A stretch of 64,000 nt of DNA from Camelus dromedarius (lineage: Eukaryota): NCBI RefSeq assembly GCF_036321535.1, contig NC_087437.1, positions 92,568,001 to 92,632,000 on the forward strand, read 5' to 3'. The notes below the pieces were generated by a model that did no database searches, was not told the origin of the DNA, and was given only the letters and a program-made list of their open reading frames with translations. The translations under genes were made by a program, and so were the position numbers. Within the stretch, counting starts at the first letter, position 1; each line of letters starts with the position of its first letter. Below, piece by piece: positions 49,701 through 62,231 of the stretch.

Positions 49701-52700
49701 CAGGGCAGGAGGTATGTAAAGCTAACTCTGTTATCTGAATGGTGGTGTGGGCCAATACAATAAAAAAGGATGGGGAGAACAATCTTTCACTATTTCATTC
49801 ATGCAAACACACAGAAATGAGAAGGAAAGGAAATATGCTAAAACATTTATAGTAGTTACCTGTGTATATACTATTTTTCCTTTTTTTGGTTTTCTATAGG
49901 GAATATGTTGCTTGTATGACCTGATAAAATTATCAAAGATACTTGGTTACTTTTTTTATGTAACAGTTTTGGGGAATAGCTTAGCTTCACTCTGATACAG
50001 TTATTGTTAATCATTAGAATTCCTGGTTCCTTTTGCAAATCATTTCTTGCTCTTTCCCTTGTCAGTTCAGTCTATGTCCCTCTGCAGCATCACAGCATAT
50101 AGTATATACTCAATAATTTGTTGTCGAGCCAGGAAAACAAATTACAGAACCTACAGTGCCTGGTTGTCTTTGTACCTGGAGTCTACCTCATATACTCTTA
50201 CAGGGAACTTAGTTTCTAGCCAAGATTTTTCCCCATCAACTCTATACTTTAAGATTTTTTCACTGTCTTATTTTTTTAAAAAAACTCAAATAGAATGCCC
50301 AATGTTCCTGTGATTTTATCATTTGAAGGCTATGCAACCAAGATCCACCATGAAAAGAAGATACAGTCTGTTAAAATCCTTATTCCCTATTTCAACAGAG
50401 GCTACACATAATAACATTCAAGAAGAAATTCAATACCTCTGTCTTTGAAGTATGTTTTTGTTTCTCTTAAAATACTCTATTTCCTCAGGTCTCTAGAGTC
50501 TCTTGGACAATGCCCAAGAGAGAGTTTTTAAGTAACCAGTGTGTTTCTTATTTGTTGACGGCTGTTGGAGTTTTCCTCTTTAAATTCAAGGTGGCTAAGA
50601 ACAACTTCCTTCAAGACAACAGGGAATTTGCTTTATTTGAGAGGAGAATATCGAATTTTAGTGTATGATTTTGATGGGAAAACCAAAGTAAGGAAACTCT
50701 AATACATACTGAAAATAGCACATTCAGATTTGCTACATTGCAACAGAATGATGCCTCTTACAACTGAGGCTGAGGTTGGCTGCCTTCTCTCTTTCTCTCT
50801 AAAATAATATAGTTTGAGTTAATCAAAGCTAACGAAAATGTTTTCAAATGATTCGATGTACTTGTAATGCAAAATTTTAGTGGGACATAATAGATGGGGC
50901 ACATTGTAAACATTTGCCCCTGTCACACTACAAGTTTATCTTATTTGTCAGACTCTTTTGGAAAATAGTTATTTTATTTCTATTTCTTTTTAAAATGTAT
51001 TGTTAAGAAGACATGGTAAATAAAGGGAAAAATTGTTTTTAGATATGCTAGTGTTGCTTTTCAGATGAAGTTATCCCAACCCTCTTGTTAACATATAGTG
51101 AAAGCTAGAGCCAGAAAAGCACCCTGATACTTAAGTTTGTTGTGCAAAAGCTGATTTCTGGAAACTGCCAAGACTGTTTATGTTACACAGACTCCTATTC
51201 TTCTTCTTCTGTTTTGTTTTTTAAATGAACAGTGAAGCTCTTTATTCCCCCCATTCCATGTTTTGTAGCTGATTCACATTTTTTATTTACAAGACACCTG
51301 CCTCCCCCTTTGCACATCTCTGAAGCAAAAATCAGGGAATGAGAAAGTTCAATTTTAAATTCAATCAGCACACAAGCTATTTGATGCAATGGATTCCATT
51401 TCAGTCACTGTCTCTGCCTACATCCCCCATGTGGTTAAAAAAAAAAAGAAACCAAAAACACAAAACTTCCTCTCAGAGCTGAGCATGTACACAGATGGCT
51501 AAAATTCAATTTAAGTCTGTCCAGGTATAGGATTATTGGTAGTGTGGTCCTAGCAATGGAGATTAATCCCTCACAGCCTCCTCTATATCCCCAATAATTC
51601 TGATGGGTGATATTTTAACTTCCCTGAGCTCCAAATTTTAGACACCAAAGGGCTTTACAGAGAAAATTTTACACAATTGTGAATATATGAAATCTATGCA
51701 TGGCTCTTGTAAATTAAAGTGTGCTGTGAGCTTTACATAAAAATGTAATTTTAGAGCAGTCTCTGGAGAAAACAGGAAAGAAAGGGGGACAAATAAAGCA
51801 GTCATTTCTGAAAGGAGAGAAAGATGGTTGATGTTTATGTGTATGATTACTTTTAAAATCATTAGAGTTGATTTCTTTAGTCTTTCATACTTCTAATGCT
51901 GAATTTAATTCAAATGTGTTACACAGTAGTCTAAATTGGCTATTTAAAGAAGATACAGGTTTGGAGACCTATTGTTGGCACATAAACTGACATCCCATCT
52001 TCTATTCAAAATCAGAGGGCCAGATTTTCTCACTAAGAAAGTAGATGATTAGAGAAATTCCGCAAAGTGAGTAGAAATGACAACTCATTATGTTCCCTTT
52101 CCACAGGTGGAAGATTTTAATTACTATGGAAACACTGTTTCCCATTGCTCACAGAAGAGCCTAGGAAAAATTTGATCCCAGCCTCTACCTCAAACTCTAA
52201 GCCCTGTCTGCACCTGCCTCTGTGTTCCCAGATACTTCTGAAGTCAGTGCACAGAGCAGCTCAGTGGAATGTAACTTGGGATTTTAAAAAACCAAGCCTC
52301 TTTTAGGGATTCAGCTAGGTCATGATTTAAATTTAAAGGAATATCAAATCAAATACTAACTGTGAAACTTCACCATCTTCTTTTTGATTTTCTAATGTTC
52401 AGTGTCAATCTAGAAACTTACTGCATTGTGTTGAAATAACTATAAAGGAGAAAAAGTTTCCCCAGATTATGTTCAGAGAGGAAGAGGGTTGGGGTAAATT
52501 TCTTAGCAACTCGTTTGGCACATTGAATAAAATACACCACTTTTCCTATATATGCCCACATCAGCAAAATAATTTTACAAAACATCTTAATGAATAATTA
52601 CAAAGATATGGAAATTTTAATCTGCCACATAACTTAACAAACTTTAATAAAATTAGCCTTTCAATATCTGTAATCCAGTAACAAATTAGTATATATTAGA

Positions 52701-53264
52701 TTAATAGTTGGACTCCAAATCATAAAATCTATTGTAAAATGCTAGGAGCCTGTAATCAAAAAGCTAAGACAGGGAGTAAAGATCTTCCAGTACAGAGTCA
52801 GCATTTAGCCACCCACAATAAAATTACTTTCCAACAGTGTGTTTTTTCCTTATATTTTTCAAGATGGTACCAGAATGGTAAATTTAGGAAGATAGTGAGC
52901 AACTATTTAAGAACATGAAACTGTCGAAGAATGTAAGAAAGAGGAACTAATTTTACCTAAAGTTCTGCATGGTGTGCAGCAGAAGCAGTTAAACCATTAC
53001 CTTTCCTTCTTTGCCTCATTAATTTGTAGTTTAAATAACAAAAAAAATAAAGATGGGGTTGAGTTGAGTTACACTTAACCTTCAACAGCTATGGTTTAAA
53101 AAGCAACCATCTTATACTTGTATGTTGAACATTTAAATATTTGATCGTTTTTTAAATAATCTGGGTTCAATACAAGTCTTTCAAGTACCAAAATATTACA
53201 GCAATCAGTGATTCATATTTGGACAAAGCAGGGACTCGTGCCAGAGATCAATTTATTCTCATTT

Positions 53265-53377
53265 GATAGATAAATAGACAGACAGACAGACAGATAGATA
53301 GCTGGCTGGCTGGCTGGCTGGCTACATAGATAGATGGCTAAACAGATGATGGATAAATAGACCGATTGACAGACAGA
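53265..53377. repeat. Compound tetranucleotide repeat (GATA/GACA/GGCT)
   Basis: Directly visible. Confidence 0.92.
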
Positions 53378-55499
53378 AATGCCTAGGCCCTGAGGGGGAA
53401 AAAATAGGTAGGGTTTTTCATTTTAACTAGGCATTATTTAAACAGTTTATTTCTTGTGAAAACTAAACAAAGGAGAATGCAAAGGTTAAAGATACTTAAT
53501 TTCAAGCTATGTATGTCCAGTTCAAAAACTTTAAAAAGAGAGGTTTTTCAAATTTGACCTGTATTTTCTCAGAGACATTGGTAAAAGCCACAGTTCAAAA
53601 TGCCAAGCACAGAACTTTTCACATTGAAAGCAACCCCAGGTTCAGCAAGGGTGTGTTATACAGCTCCTCACTTCTACTTGCATTATACTGATTTCTTTTT
53701 TGACCTATCGTATGTGTATACACCCAGTTTCTATTTATCATACTTTGAACATTAAATGTTTTCAACTCTAAGCGTTCTTTTCACTAAGCTAAATGACCCC
53801 CCTATTTTATCTAGTGCTTTTATAAACCCAAATCTTCATTACTTGGGTCAGCAATGAAATTTTACATGGATGGTAAAATGTATTAGAGTGTTAGACCAAG
53901 TATTGCTGCTTATCAACATTTGATCATCTGGTTTTACACAGAATTATACTAAAAATATTTGACATCTATTAGGGTAATTACATCACAACAGACACCAGTC
54001 TAATTGGCCGTAAACAATCAGGTCCCTGCATCGGGGCATGGCAGGTATTAAATATGAGTCTGATGGTGAATACTAATTATATATACACACAGGTGATTAT
54101 GTACACACGCACACATTCACACATATCTTGATGTAGCATCATGTGACTCTGACCCTCATACTTTTTTGATGTGTGTATTACAAATGAGAAGCCAATCAAG
54201 AAGGACAATTAAACTATAAAAGTGTCATTAGCTTCCTTCTAAAAAACTGACTGATACCTTGAACTGAATACCTGGAGGATTCTTGTTGTAGTCTGTAGAC
54301 TTTTAACATATTCTCCATATGACTCACTGAATTAATTCAGTTAATAATACGACATGCAGATCTTTAAACATCTGGTAGGTATTTTCAACGTTTTATTGTA
54401 AATAGAAGAAATGACTTTAGATTTATGTGACCATACCAATATTACCACCTATACGTTTTCTTTTTTTAATTAATTCAAAGCCATAAATTCATTTCTTGAG
54501 ATTCCATGAGATACTTATTTTATATCTTGATGCCCTACCAGTTATGAAACACTTATATTCTGATTAGGGACATATAAAACAAAATAATTCTGTACGATCA
54601 TATGTCACAGTCAAGAATCTTGAGTTTTAAAGATGACATTTATAAACTTACTAGAAAGCTATTTCTAAACGGCCCGTTAATAACATATCACAGGACACGG
54701 AAGTATTTTTTCTTCACAATTATATGCTGTTTCAGGCAGGTATGCCACTAAATATTTCTGCAGAAGCACCTTTAGTGTTTAGAATTACAGCTTCATCCCA
54801 TGCATGTGATCTTTTCAAGTCTCATAATTGTGTGAAAGAAGGTTTTTGCTTCTTTAAACAGTAACATTGCCTTGCCTAGGTTGCAACCGATTAAAACTGT
54901 GCTCTAATTGAGTGCATTTGTTAAAGTTTTCTAGTTAAAATAATTGAGATATGGCCCTGTAGGCAGTGGGCCATAGCATCTATGTCACATTATAAATGGA
55001 ATGGAGCACATGTCATGGTTGCTTTTGGATAATTTGTGCAATTGTCTGTGAAGTGCTGCTAGACAATCTCTGTGAGTGACTGTTTTCGTCTTTTCGCTCA
55101 AATATGCTTCATAAGAGGCTATTAAGCTTGTTTTCAGATGATACACATCAATAATTTAAATAGAATTTTAGTCAAAACTGACCTATCACTTGTTTTTAGC
55201 GATACATCTTTCTATAAATCTAATTTGTTAATAAATTCACTGGATGAGATCAACTAAAGATAGAAAAGCCCATAATCTCTGTCCCAAAAGAACTGAAGCA
55301 CATTTAGTAATATGGGATGGGTGGGAACACAATAAAGGTTAGCTAACAAAAGACGGAGCAAAAGTCATAGCACACACCATAATTAAAAAAATAAAAACAA
55401 AACCTACACCAAAAAAAAAGTGTTTTAAACGTCCTTCAAATTTGATATAATTGGGCTTTTACCACGTTCTGCTCTTCACTGCTGATATTCTAAACTCTC

Positions 55500-56300
55500 A
55501 CCTTTTTCTTCCCCCAGCTGAGAGCTGCTCTATCTTATTTTTAGTTAGAGGTAATTTTACGATGGGGCTCTGAAACCTTCAAAACAGCTTTTTATTATTT
55601 ATGATCCACAGGTGCCTATCTGAGGCATTGTTCAGCACGGCACACTGACACCTCACATAAGGATGCCTCGGATTACCCTGAGATTATCAATGCTCTCCAA
55701 AGAGCTGGCTTCAAATCATTCTGGAAGAATCCGCAGTAAATATTTCACTATCGACCTAACTGTGATTAAAGAGATCGCTATTATTGAACAGAGTAGTCAG
55801 CTGCCTTAAAGTCTGAATTCTCCCCCAAATAATGAGGTGCCCTTGATCGCCTCTGACCAGCTCCATTTTTTCAGGAATGGTCTTCGGGTCATTAGTGAAC
55901 AAATAAACTTTTCAAGACAGGGAGATGGCCGAATTGTCTTCTTTGTCATTATGACAATTTCTGTTTGGACAGAATGAGCATTTCAAAAGATCATTGCCAG
56001 CCTTGGCAAGATCTGTAAGCGTTTTCTGATCAGTTAACCTGCAGTTGGGCCTCCTAAGGTTTCCCATCAGACAGATTTCCTGAATTACCGACAGAGGCGC
56101 AGGCGCCAGCAAGCTGAATTGTCAGAGGCAGGGCACTGGGGACACAATGCCACAGAGGCTGTCACGGAACACGGCTTTCATCTTACCACAAGCACGCGAC
56201 TGGGTAAAATTTTAAAGCTAAATTTCGGTTCACAGAACTTTAAGACAAACTTTGTACCACATGTGAGACTGTTAATGTGAATTAATTTGGAGTTCTAATA
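55500..56300. promoter_or_regulatory. Candidate conserved non-coding element / enhancer
   Basis: Non-repeat DNA with ~18 CpGs in ~680 bp and clustered HOX-, MEIS-, SOX- and NRF1-like motifs. Conservation not testable here. Confidence 0.45.
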
Positions 56301-56576
56301 AATTTAAGATCTCAAAATAAAATTTGGCAGCCACATGTATGTTTGGAGGGAACATCCACTGACTTTAATACAACTTAGCTTGGACATGTACATCAGGTAA
56401 ATTATGTGGCTATTTAAGTATTTTCCAAAACTTTTAATGCATTTTAATTCTATCAGTGATACTCCCCAAAATGTGTTCTGTATTTTTTTTGGCAGTCTTA
56501 TAAACTGAGTAAGTAGAGTCCACTGAGCCTAAGTCAATTTTCAAAAAGATGATTTCCTTTTTTAGTTAAAAAAAAT

Positions 56577-56603
56577 TCTCTCTCTCTCTCTCTCTCTCTC
56601 TCT
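56577..56603. repeat. (TC)n microsatellite
   Basis: Directly visible. Confidence 0.95.
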
Positions 56604-58403
56604 ATTTAATGTGAAGCAACAGCCATTTTCCCGGGGGTGAGGGGAAGATAAAACTAAAATTTTGGCTGCATTTCTTTTAAAATGTTATTTTGCTTTAGGA
56701 GATAATTCAGTAAACAGGCATTGGGTTCTCTGAACATAACTGTCTACATGATCATTTGAAGAAATTATACTAGTTAAATGTCATCTCAGGAAATATGGAA
56801 GAAATTCAGGTGAAAATTATCCTGTAAATAACCTTGGATGCACTTAAAGGAAGCAATTACCCCCCAGAACACACTTTCGGGTGATTACTGGGGTGAACGC
56901 AATCTCGATCAGTGTGTTGACAGACTGATTCATTACAAACTCACCTTCCTGAGAAAATGGTCACAAGAATCTGTGGTGACTTGCTTGTGCTCAGAAACGA
57001 TTTGAGTTTCTTATGCAGATAGCTACCCAGCATGTGACCCTAAAACAAATTGCCCCTTCTTCCAGAAGGGAAACTGCCCTGAAATAGATTGCCCATCTAT
57101 TCACCCACTCTCTAAACCGCTGTGCATCAATTGAAAATTCCAGGGCATGACTTTTCCCGGAGCTGTCCTCTATCTTCATTTTAGCTGTCCAGAAAAAGAC
57201 AGGGCATCCAAGGTTTCCCAGCCCCTCCTCTGCAGTCCCACAGAAACTGCTGTCATCGTGTTACTTTCTGCTGGCCAGGCAGGTATGAGGCTTCCACTGA
57301 GGTGGATGTTAAAACAGCCACATGGGTCAGCAGGCAGATGGAGAAAAGGACTAGGGATAGCAAAACAGAGCAGGCTTTTTAAAAAGACAGCATACCATGG
57401 GGTCACACATGTGGTGCTGGGTGATCTGACACTGCAGTCCTGACAGTTGTTGGATAGAATTTAAAAGCTGGATCTTTTTCTAAAACCATTTTGGCTAGTT
57501 CAGGGCTTTCAGATTATATTCTAGGGTACTCTGACGTATTATTTAAGCATCTTAACTAAAACTTTGAAGAGCTGACAAAGATAGAGAAACTATGTAACAA
57601 GCCAGTTGATCCCATTTTTTATCAGAATAATTTCTCCAAATTGTGAGTTCCTTTCTGAATCATTTAAGTGAAACTACAAAACCAGGAAGAAAATGTAAGG
57701 AAAGAAAAAGTTTCAAATGCAAGAAAATTACTGGGTAAACAGTCTCATTCTCCTCAGTAAGTGTAGTCCTTCGGCTCAAAGGAAACCCTCAGAGGCTCTG
57801 GAAAGCTTAAGCCTCCTTGGCAATGGTTAGATTTGTGATTAGACCACCAATCCTTCAGTACCGCCTCACTTAGACTATTTTCCAGTGCCAGAAATCCAAT
57901 TTCCAGTACCCAATCTTTTCCCATACTCAAGGGCCTCTATCTGAAAGATATCATGCTTTTTAAAACACAACTACGTAACCTCAATGACAGCAATTCTTTA
58001 TGAGCAAAGTCCATCCTCTATCCGCTGCAGTTTTTCCAACAAGCAGATCCAAGTGTATTCTTTCCTAGGGAAACCAGGGTGACCGTAGGGCTACTTTTAT
58101 GCATAGGTCGGGGAGCATTCAACCAGCATCAAATGTCTAGAGCCCAAGAGAGCTGACGTTTTTAGTGATTCAAATTCCTCCACTGTCACCACTTCATGAA
58201 AAGGACTGAATTCAAGGCAGTCACACTGAAAATCCCCAAGAAGTGGCATTTACAGCATATGTGAATGGCCCCAGAGAGAATCGTGCAAAACCTAACCTGT
58301 GGGGCCAACACCCAAAGGCTGCTTGAAGGCATTTAAGATGCAAACATTTTTTTCACAGGTAGACAATGTATTACATCTTTATCACCCCAACTCCCTTTTC
58401 CCT

Positions 58404-58687
58404 CATCAGTCAGGGTTCAACCAGTGAAACAAAGCCAGCAGATGCTACATATTAAGAAACTTGTTAAAAGGAATTGACTTACATGATTGTGGTCGCTGGT
58501 GAGGCAACTCTGAAATCTGGAGGGCAGGTTCTCAGGAAGGACAGGTGGAAACTCTCAAGCAGAAGCAAAAGCAGTTGCCCACCGGCAGAATTTCTTCTTC
58601 TTCAGGGAAGTCTCAGTTCTGCTCTTAGGACCTGATTGCATCAGGCCTACCCAGGCTATGATAATCTTCCTTATTTAAAGTCACCTA
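58404..58687 (-). mobile_element. ERV-L LTR (MLT2D-like), left part
   Basis: agtcagggttcaaccagtgaaac...ggaattgacttacatgattgtgg...gataatcttccttatttaaagtca; resumes at 62232. Confidence 0.88.
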
Positions 58688-59960
58688 GGGTATAAAGGGC
58701 CAAGATGGAAGAGCAGGACAATCGTAGCTCACCCTCTCCCACAAATACATCAAGACTAGCATCCACAGACCCACCCAGCCAATCAGAACACCTGCTGAAC
58801 TTTGACAGAACATCACCTTCTTCAAAAGACAAAATTTGCCACAAATTCGATAGGAAAAAGTAGGAAGAAAAAGGAAAATAGTGCGGGACCATTCCTGCGG
58901 GGACAGAGTGGCAAAGGAGGGACAGCGGTCGTTGGCTGGGTCTCCCCCTCTCAACGGAGAGGTCAGCGGGACAGAGGGGGAGCCTCTGAGGCTCGGATCC
59001 ATGAGGAGCAGCCCTTGACTGACAGAACTAAGATAAGCGGGCACAAAGGGCCCCTGCGACCCCCAGCCCTAGACGCGAACCGGCAGGTGAGGGGCAGAGC
59101 AGGCTGCCCAAGGCAACCTGGGAGACTGCAGTGTGCTGTGCGCTGTGTGCCGTGCCCGGGAGGGTTTACAGAACAGCCTGGGTCCCCATAAGAAAAAAAG
59201 CAAAGCAACACTGCTGGCTGCCCCGGGGGGAGGGGCGCCGTAGCCTCTGTCTCCTCAGCCCCGGGCGCCATTGCTGGTGTGTTCTCAGGAGAAGTGAGGC
59301 GGGGCGCAGCCACAGCCGCCACATGCTCCTGTGCGCGGCTCCTGTGCAGGCTGAGGTGGGGTAGAAACCTGAATCCTTACCTGGGGGCTCCGCAACCTCT
59401 CAGAGGGGACTGAGACTTGTTCACAGCCCCAGGCAGAGGGGAACGGTTTTTGCCCCGGGCCTCTGTGAACTCGCGCCTCCAAGACAAACGAGCAAGCAGC
59501 GGAGTTCCGGCACAGAGCAGGGGCAGGGCTGGTGCGGCCGTTTTCTCCAAGCTGCCTACCGAGTCCGGCCCCTACATGGCGCAGGGAGTGGCACTGAACT
59601 GGGGAGCGACCCGCCCACCCACCGGGGACGAGGACGGCTAGGCGACGCACCGTCAGGAGGGGGCGCGACCCGCCAGCCGACCCTGCAGGAGCGAGGCGCC
59701 TGGATGCGGCTTTGTGAGGAGACCCGACCCGCCCACCCACCTGCACTGCAAGCAGCACTGACGGGGGCGTGACTGGAGAGCTCTGGAACGAGCAAGCAGT
59801 GTTCGCGCAGAAGGGTGAGGGCAGGAGCCACTACAACCACAGAACCAAAAGGAGGCCCCGCTCAATAGCCGGGGCAGGCTCTGGCCACCACAGCTCCGGC
59901 CACACCCCCAACCAAAGGGATAACAGACAAAAGGCATGGAAGGAAGACTTGGCAACCACC
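58688..59960 (+). promoter_or_regulatory. L1 5'UTR internal promoter, CpG-island-like
   Basis: The only strongly GC- and CpG-rich kilobase in the window; YY1-like caagatggaa at 58701-58710. Confidence 0.75.
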
Positions 59961-60099
59961 CATACTTAAGAAAGACTTCTCAACAAAATTACTAAGAACG
60001 CACAGTCTCCACAGGAACACATCTTTTTCTTTTTTTCTTTTTCTTTTTTAATTTTTAATTTTTATTATTTTTTAATCCCTTTAAAAATTTTTTTACATT

Positions 60100-60380
60100 T
60101 TTTATTTTTAAAAATTTGTTTTAATTTGGTTTTTATTTCTCTTTGTTTTGTTCTTCTGTTATCAATTATACTGTTTTCAAAGCTTTTTTCTTCTTTTAAA
60201 TTTTCTTAATTTCTTTCAGTTTGATTTTTATTTCTTTGTTTCATTCTTTTGTTATTGATTACACTTTCAAATCTTTTTTCTTCTTTAATTTTTTAAAAAA
60301 TTTGTCTCAATTTGATTTTTATCTCTCTTTGTTTTGTTCTGTTATTGATTTTACTGTTTTTTTCTTTTAATTTTTTTCAT
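60100..60380. repeat. T-rich ~93-bp tandem repeat x3 in the L1 5'UTR
   Basis: Units start near 60123, 60218 and 60309 (a(a/g)tttg(g/a)tttttat...tgttat...). Confidence 0.8.
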
Positions 60381-60485
60381 TTTATTTCCACATCTGCTTT
60401 TGATAAATAAATAAATAAACCCCTTCAGGACCACAGTAGATAACTGATACTCCATAATCCATAGTGCCAGAGAGATATAAGTAAA

Positions 60486-61376
60486 ATGAAGAAGCAGAGG
60501 AACGATTCCCAATTAAAAGAACAAGAGAAATCCCCTGAAAGAACAATCAATGAAATAGACCTTAATAGTCAACTAAATAATGATTTCAAAAAAGAAGTGA
60601 TCGAAGTACTGAAGAAACTAAAAGAAATTGTGAATAGAAACACAATACATCAAAAAGGAAATTGAAACTACAAAGAGGAGCCAATTAAAATTGGAAAACT
60701 CATTTGCTAAGATGAGAGCTGAGCTTAAGGCTGTAAAAAGTAAGCTAGATAATGCAAAGGAATGACTAAGGGACTTAGCAGGCAGGACAACAGAAGTCAT
60801 TCAATCAGAACATCTGAGAAAAAAATAAATAAAAATCAGTGAAAACAACATCAGGGACCTATGGGATAATATGAACTGTGCCAACCTACACATAATAGGA
60901 GTCCCAGAAGGAAAAGAAAGAGCAAAGGCGATTGAAAAGGTATTTGAAGAAGTCATGACTGAAAACTTCTCAAACCTAAAGAAGGAATCAGATCTCCAAG
61001 TACAGGAAGCACAATGGGTCCCAAACAAGAAGAACCCAAACAGACCACATCAAGATGTATTATAATCCAGATGGCCAGGGTTAAGGATAAATAAATGATT
61101 CTAAAGGCAGCAAGAGAGAAACAAAGAGTTAGTTACAAGGGAACCTCCATGAGGCTTTCAGCTGATTTCTCTGCACAAACACTGCAGGCCAGAAAGGTGT
61201 GGCAAGATATATCCAAAGTCCTGGATGAGAAAAAGATGCAGCCTAGGATACTTTATCCAGTAAGGCTATCCTTTAGAATAGAAGGAGAGATAAAGAACTT
61301 CACAGATAAGCAAAAACTAAAAGAATTTAGCAACACTAAACGTATGCTAAAAGAAATACTGAAAGGTCTACTTTAA
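60486..61376 (+). pseudogene. L1 ORF1 remnant (frameshifts and stops)
   Basis: MKKQRNDSQLKEQEKSPE...; ANLHIIGVPEGKER; ILKAAREKQRVSYKGTSMRLSADFS...LKEILKGLL. Confidence 0.93.
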
Positions 61377-61808
61377 ATAGAAAAGAAACAGGATGCTACA
61401 GAAAGGAGAAAACCATATTGGAAATGTGATAACTACAATGAATTACAACAGAATAAACATGAAGCTGTGAAAGAGGACATCTAAATCATTAAGCGTGGGA
61501 GAGAGGAGCAAGAAAATAGAGTATTTCTTTTCTTTCTTTCTCTTTTTCTTTCTTTCTTCCTTTCTTTCTTTTTTTCCTTTGTTCTCAGTAGGATGGGTTT
61601 GAGCTTACATTACTATCAGTTTAAAACAAACAGATAAAGTAATGGGTTAATATACCTACAAAACAGGATAACCACAAGCCAAAAGCTTACGATAGTCACA
61701 AAAACTAAAAAGAAACCAAGATAATACAAAGGAAAATGATCGAACTACAAAAAGCAAAAGAAAGGAACAAAGAGGAAATACCAAATCAACTGCAACAGTA
61801 AGTTCAAA

Positions 61809-62156
61809 ATGGCAATAAACACACATCTATCAGTAATTACCATAAATGTCAATGGACTAAATGCTCCAATCAAAAGACACAGAGTGGCAGACTGGATAAT
61901 AAAACAGGAACCTACAATATGCTCCATACCAGAGACCCACTTTAGGGAGAAGGACACACATAGATTGAGAGTGAGAGGATGGGAAAAGTTATTCCATGAA
62001 AATAGAAATGACAAGAAAGCAGGAGTAGCAATACTGATTTCAGATAAAACAGACTTTAAAACAAAGGCCATTAATAAAGATAAAGAAGGACACTATATAA
62101 TGATTAAAGGAGTGATACAAGATGAGGATATTATATGTATATCTATGTATGACTGA
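61809..62156 (+). pseudogene. L1 ORF2 endonuclease N-terminus only (about 107 aa plus read-through into 3'UTR)
   Basis: MAINTHLSVITINVNGLNAPIKRHRVADWI...KKAGVAILISDK...DKEGHYIMIKG; the conserved LQETH reads IPETH. Confidence 0.93.
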
Positions 62157-62231
62157 AGCATTGTGCTGTACACCAGAAATTGACACAACATTGTAAACTG
62201 AACATACCGCAATAAAAAACAAAAAATTTTT

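Larger units (their letters stand above)
58688..62226 (+). mobile_element. Young lineage-specific L1 with both ends, TSD and a large internal ORF2 deletion
   Basis: CpG-rich 5'UTR, ORF1 remnant, ORF2 N-terminus joined at ~62131 to the last ~95 bp of 3'UTR; AATAAA plus A tail; TSD aagtcaccta / aagtcatcta. Confidence 0.95.

Noticed and set aside
58671..59969. Many overlapping 66-157 aa ORFs on both strands, including antisense ORF0-like candidates
   Set aside because: They lie in the GC-rich L1 5'UTR where stops are rare; many lack an ATG start and none shows recognisable homology.
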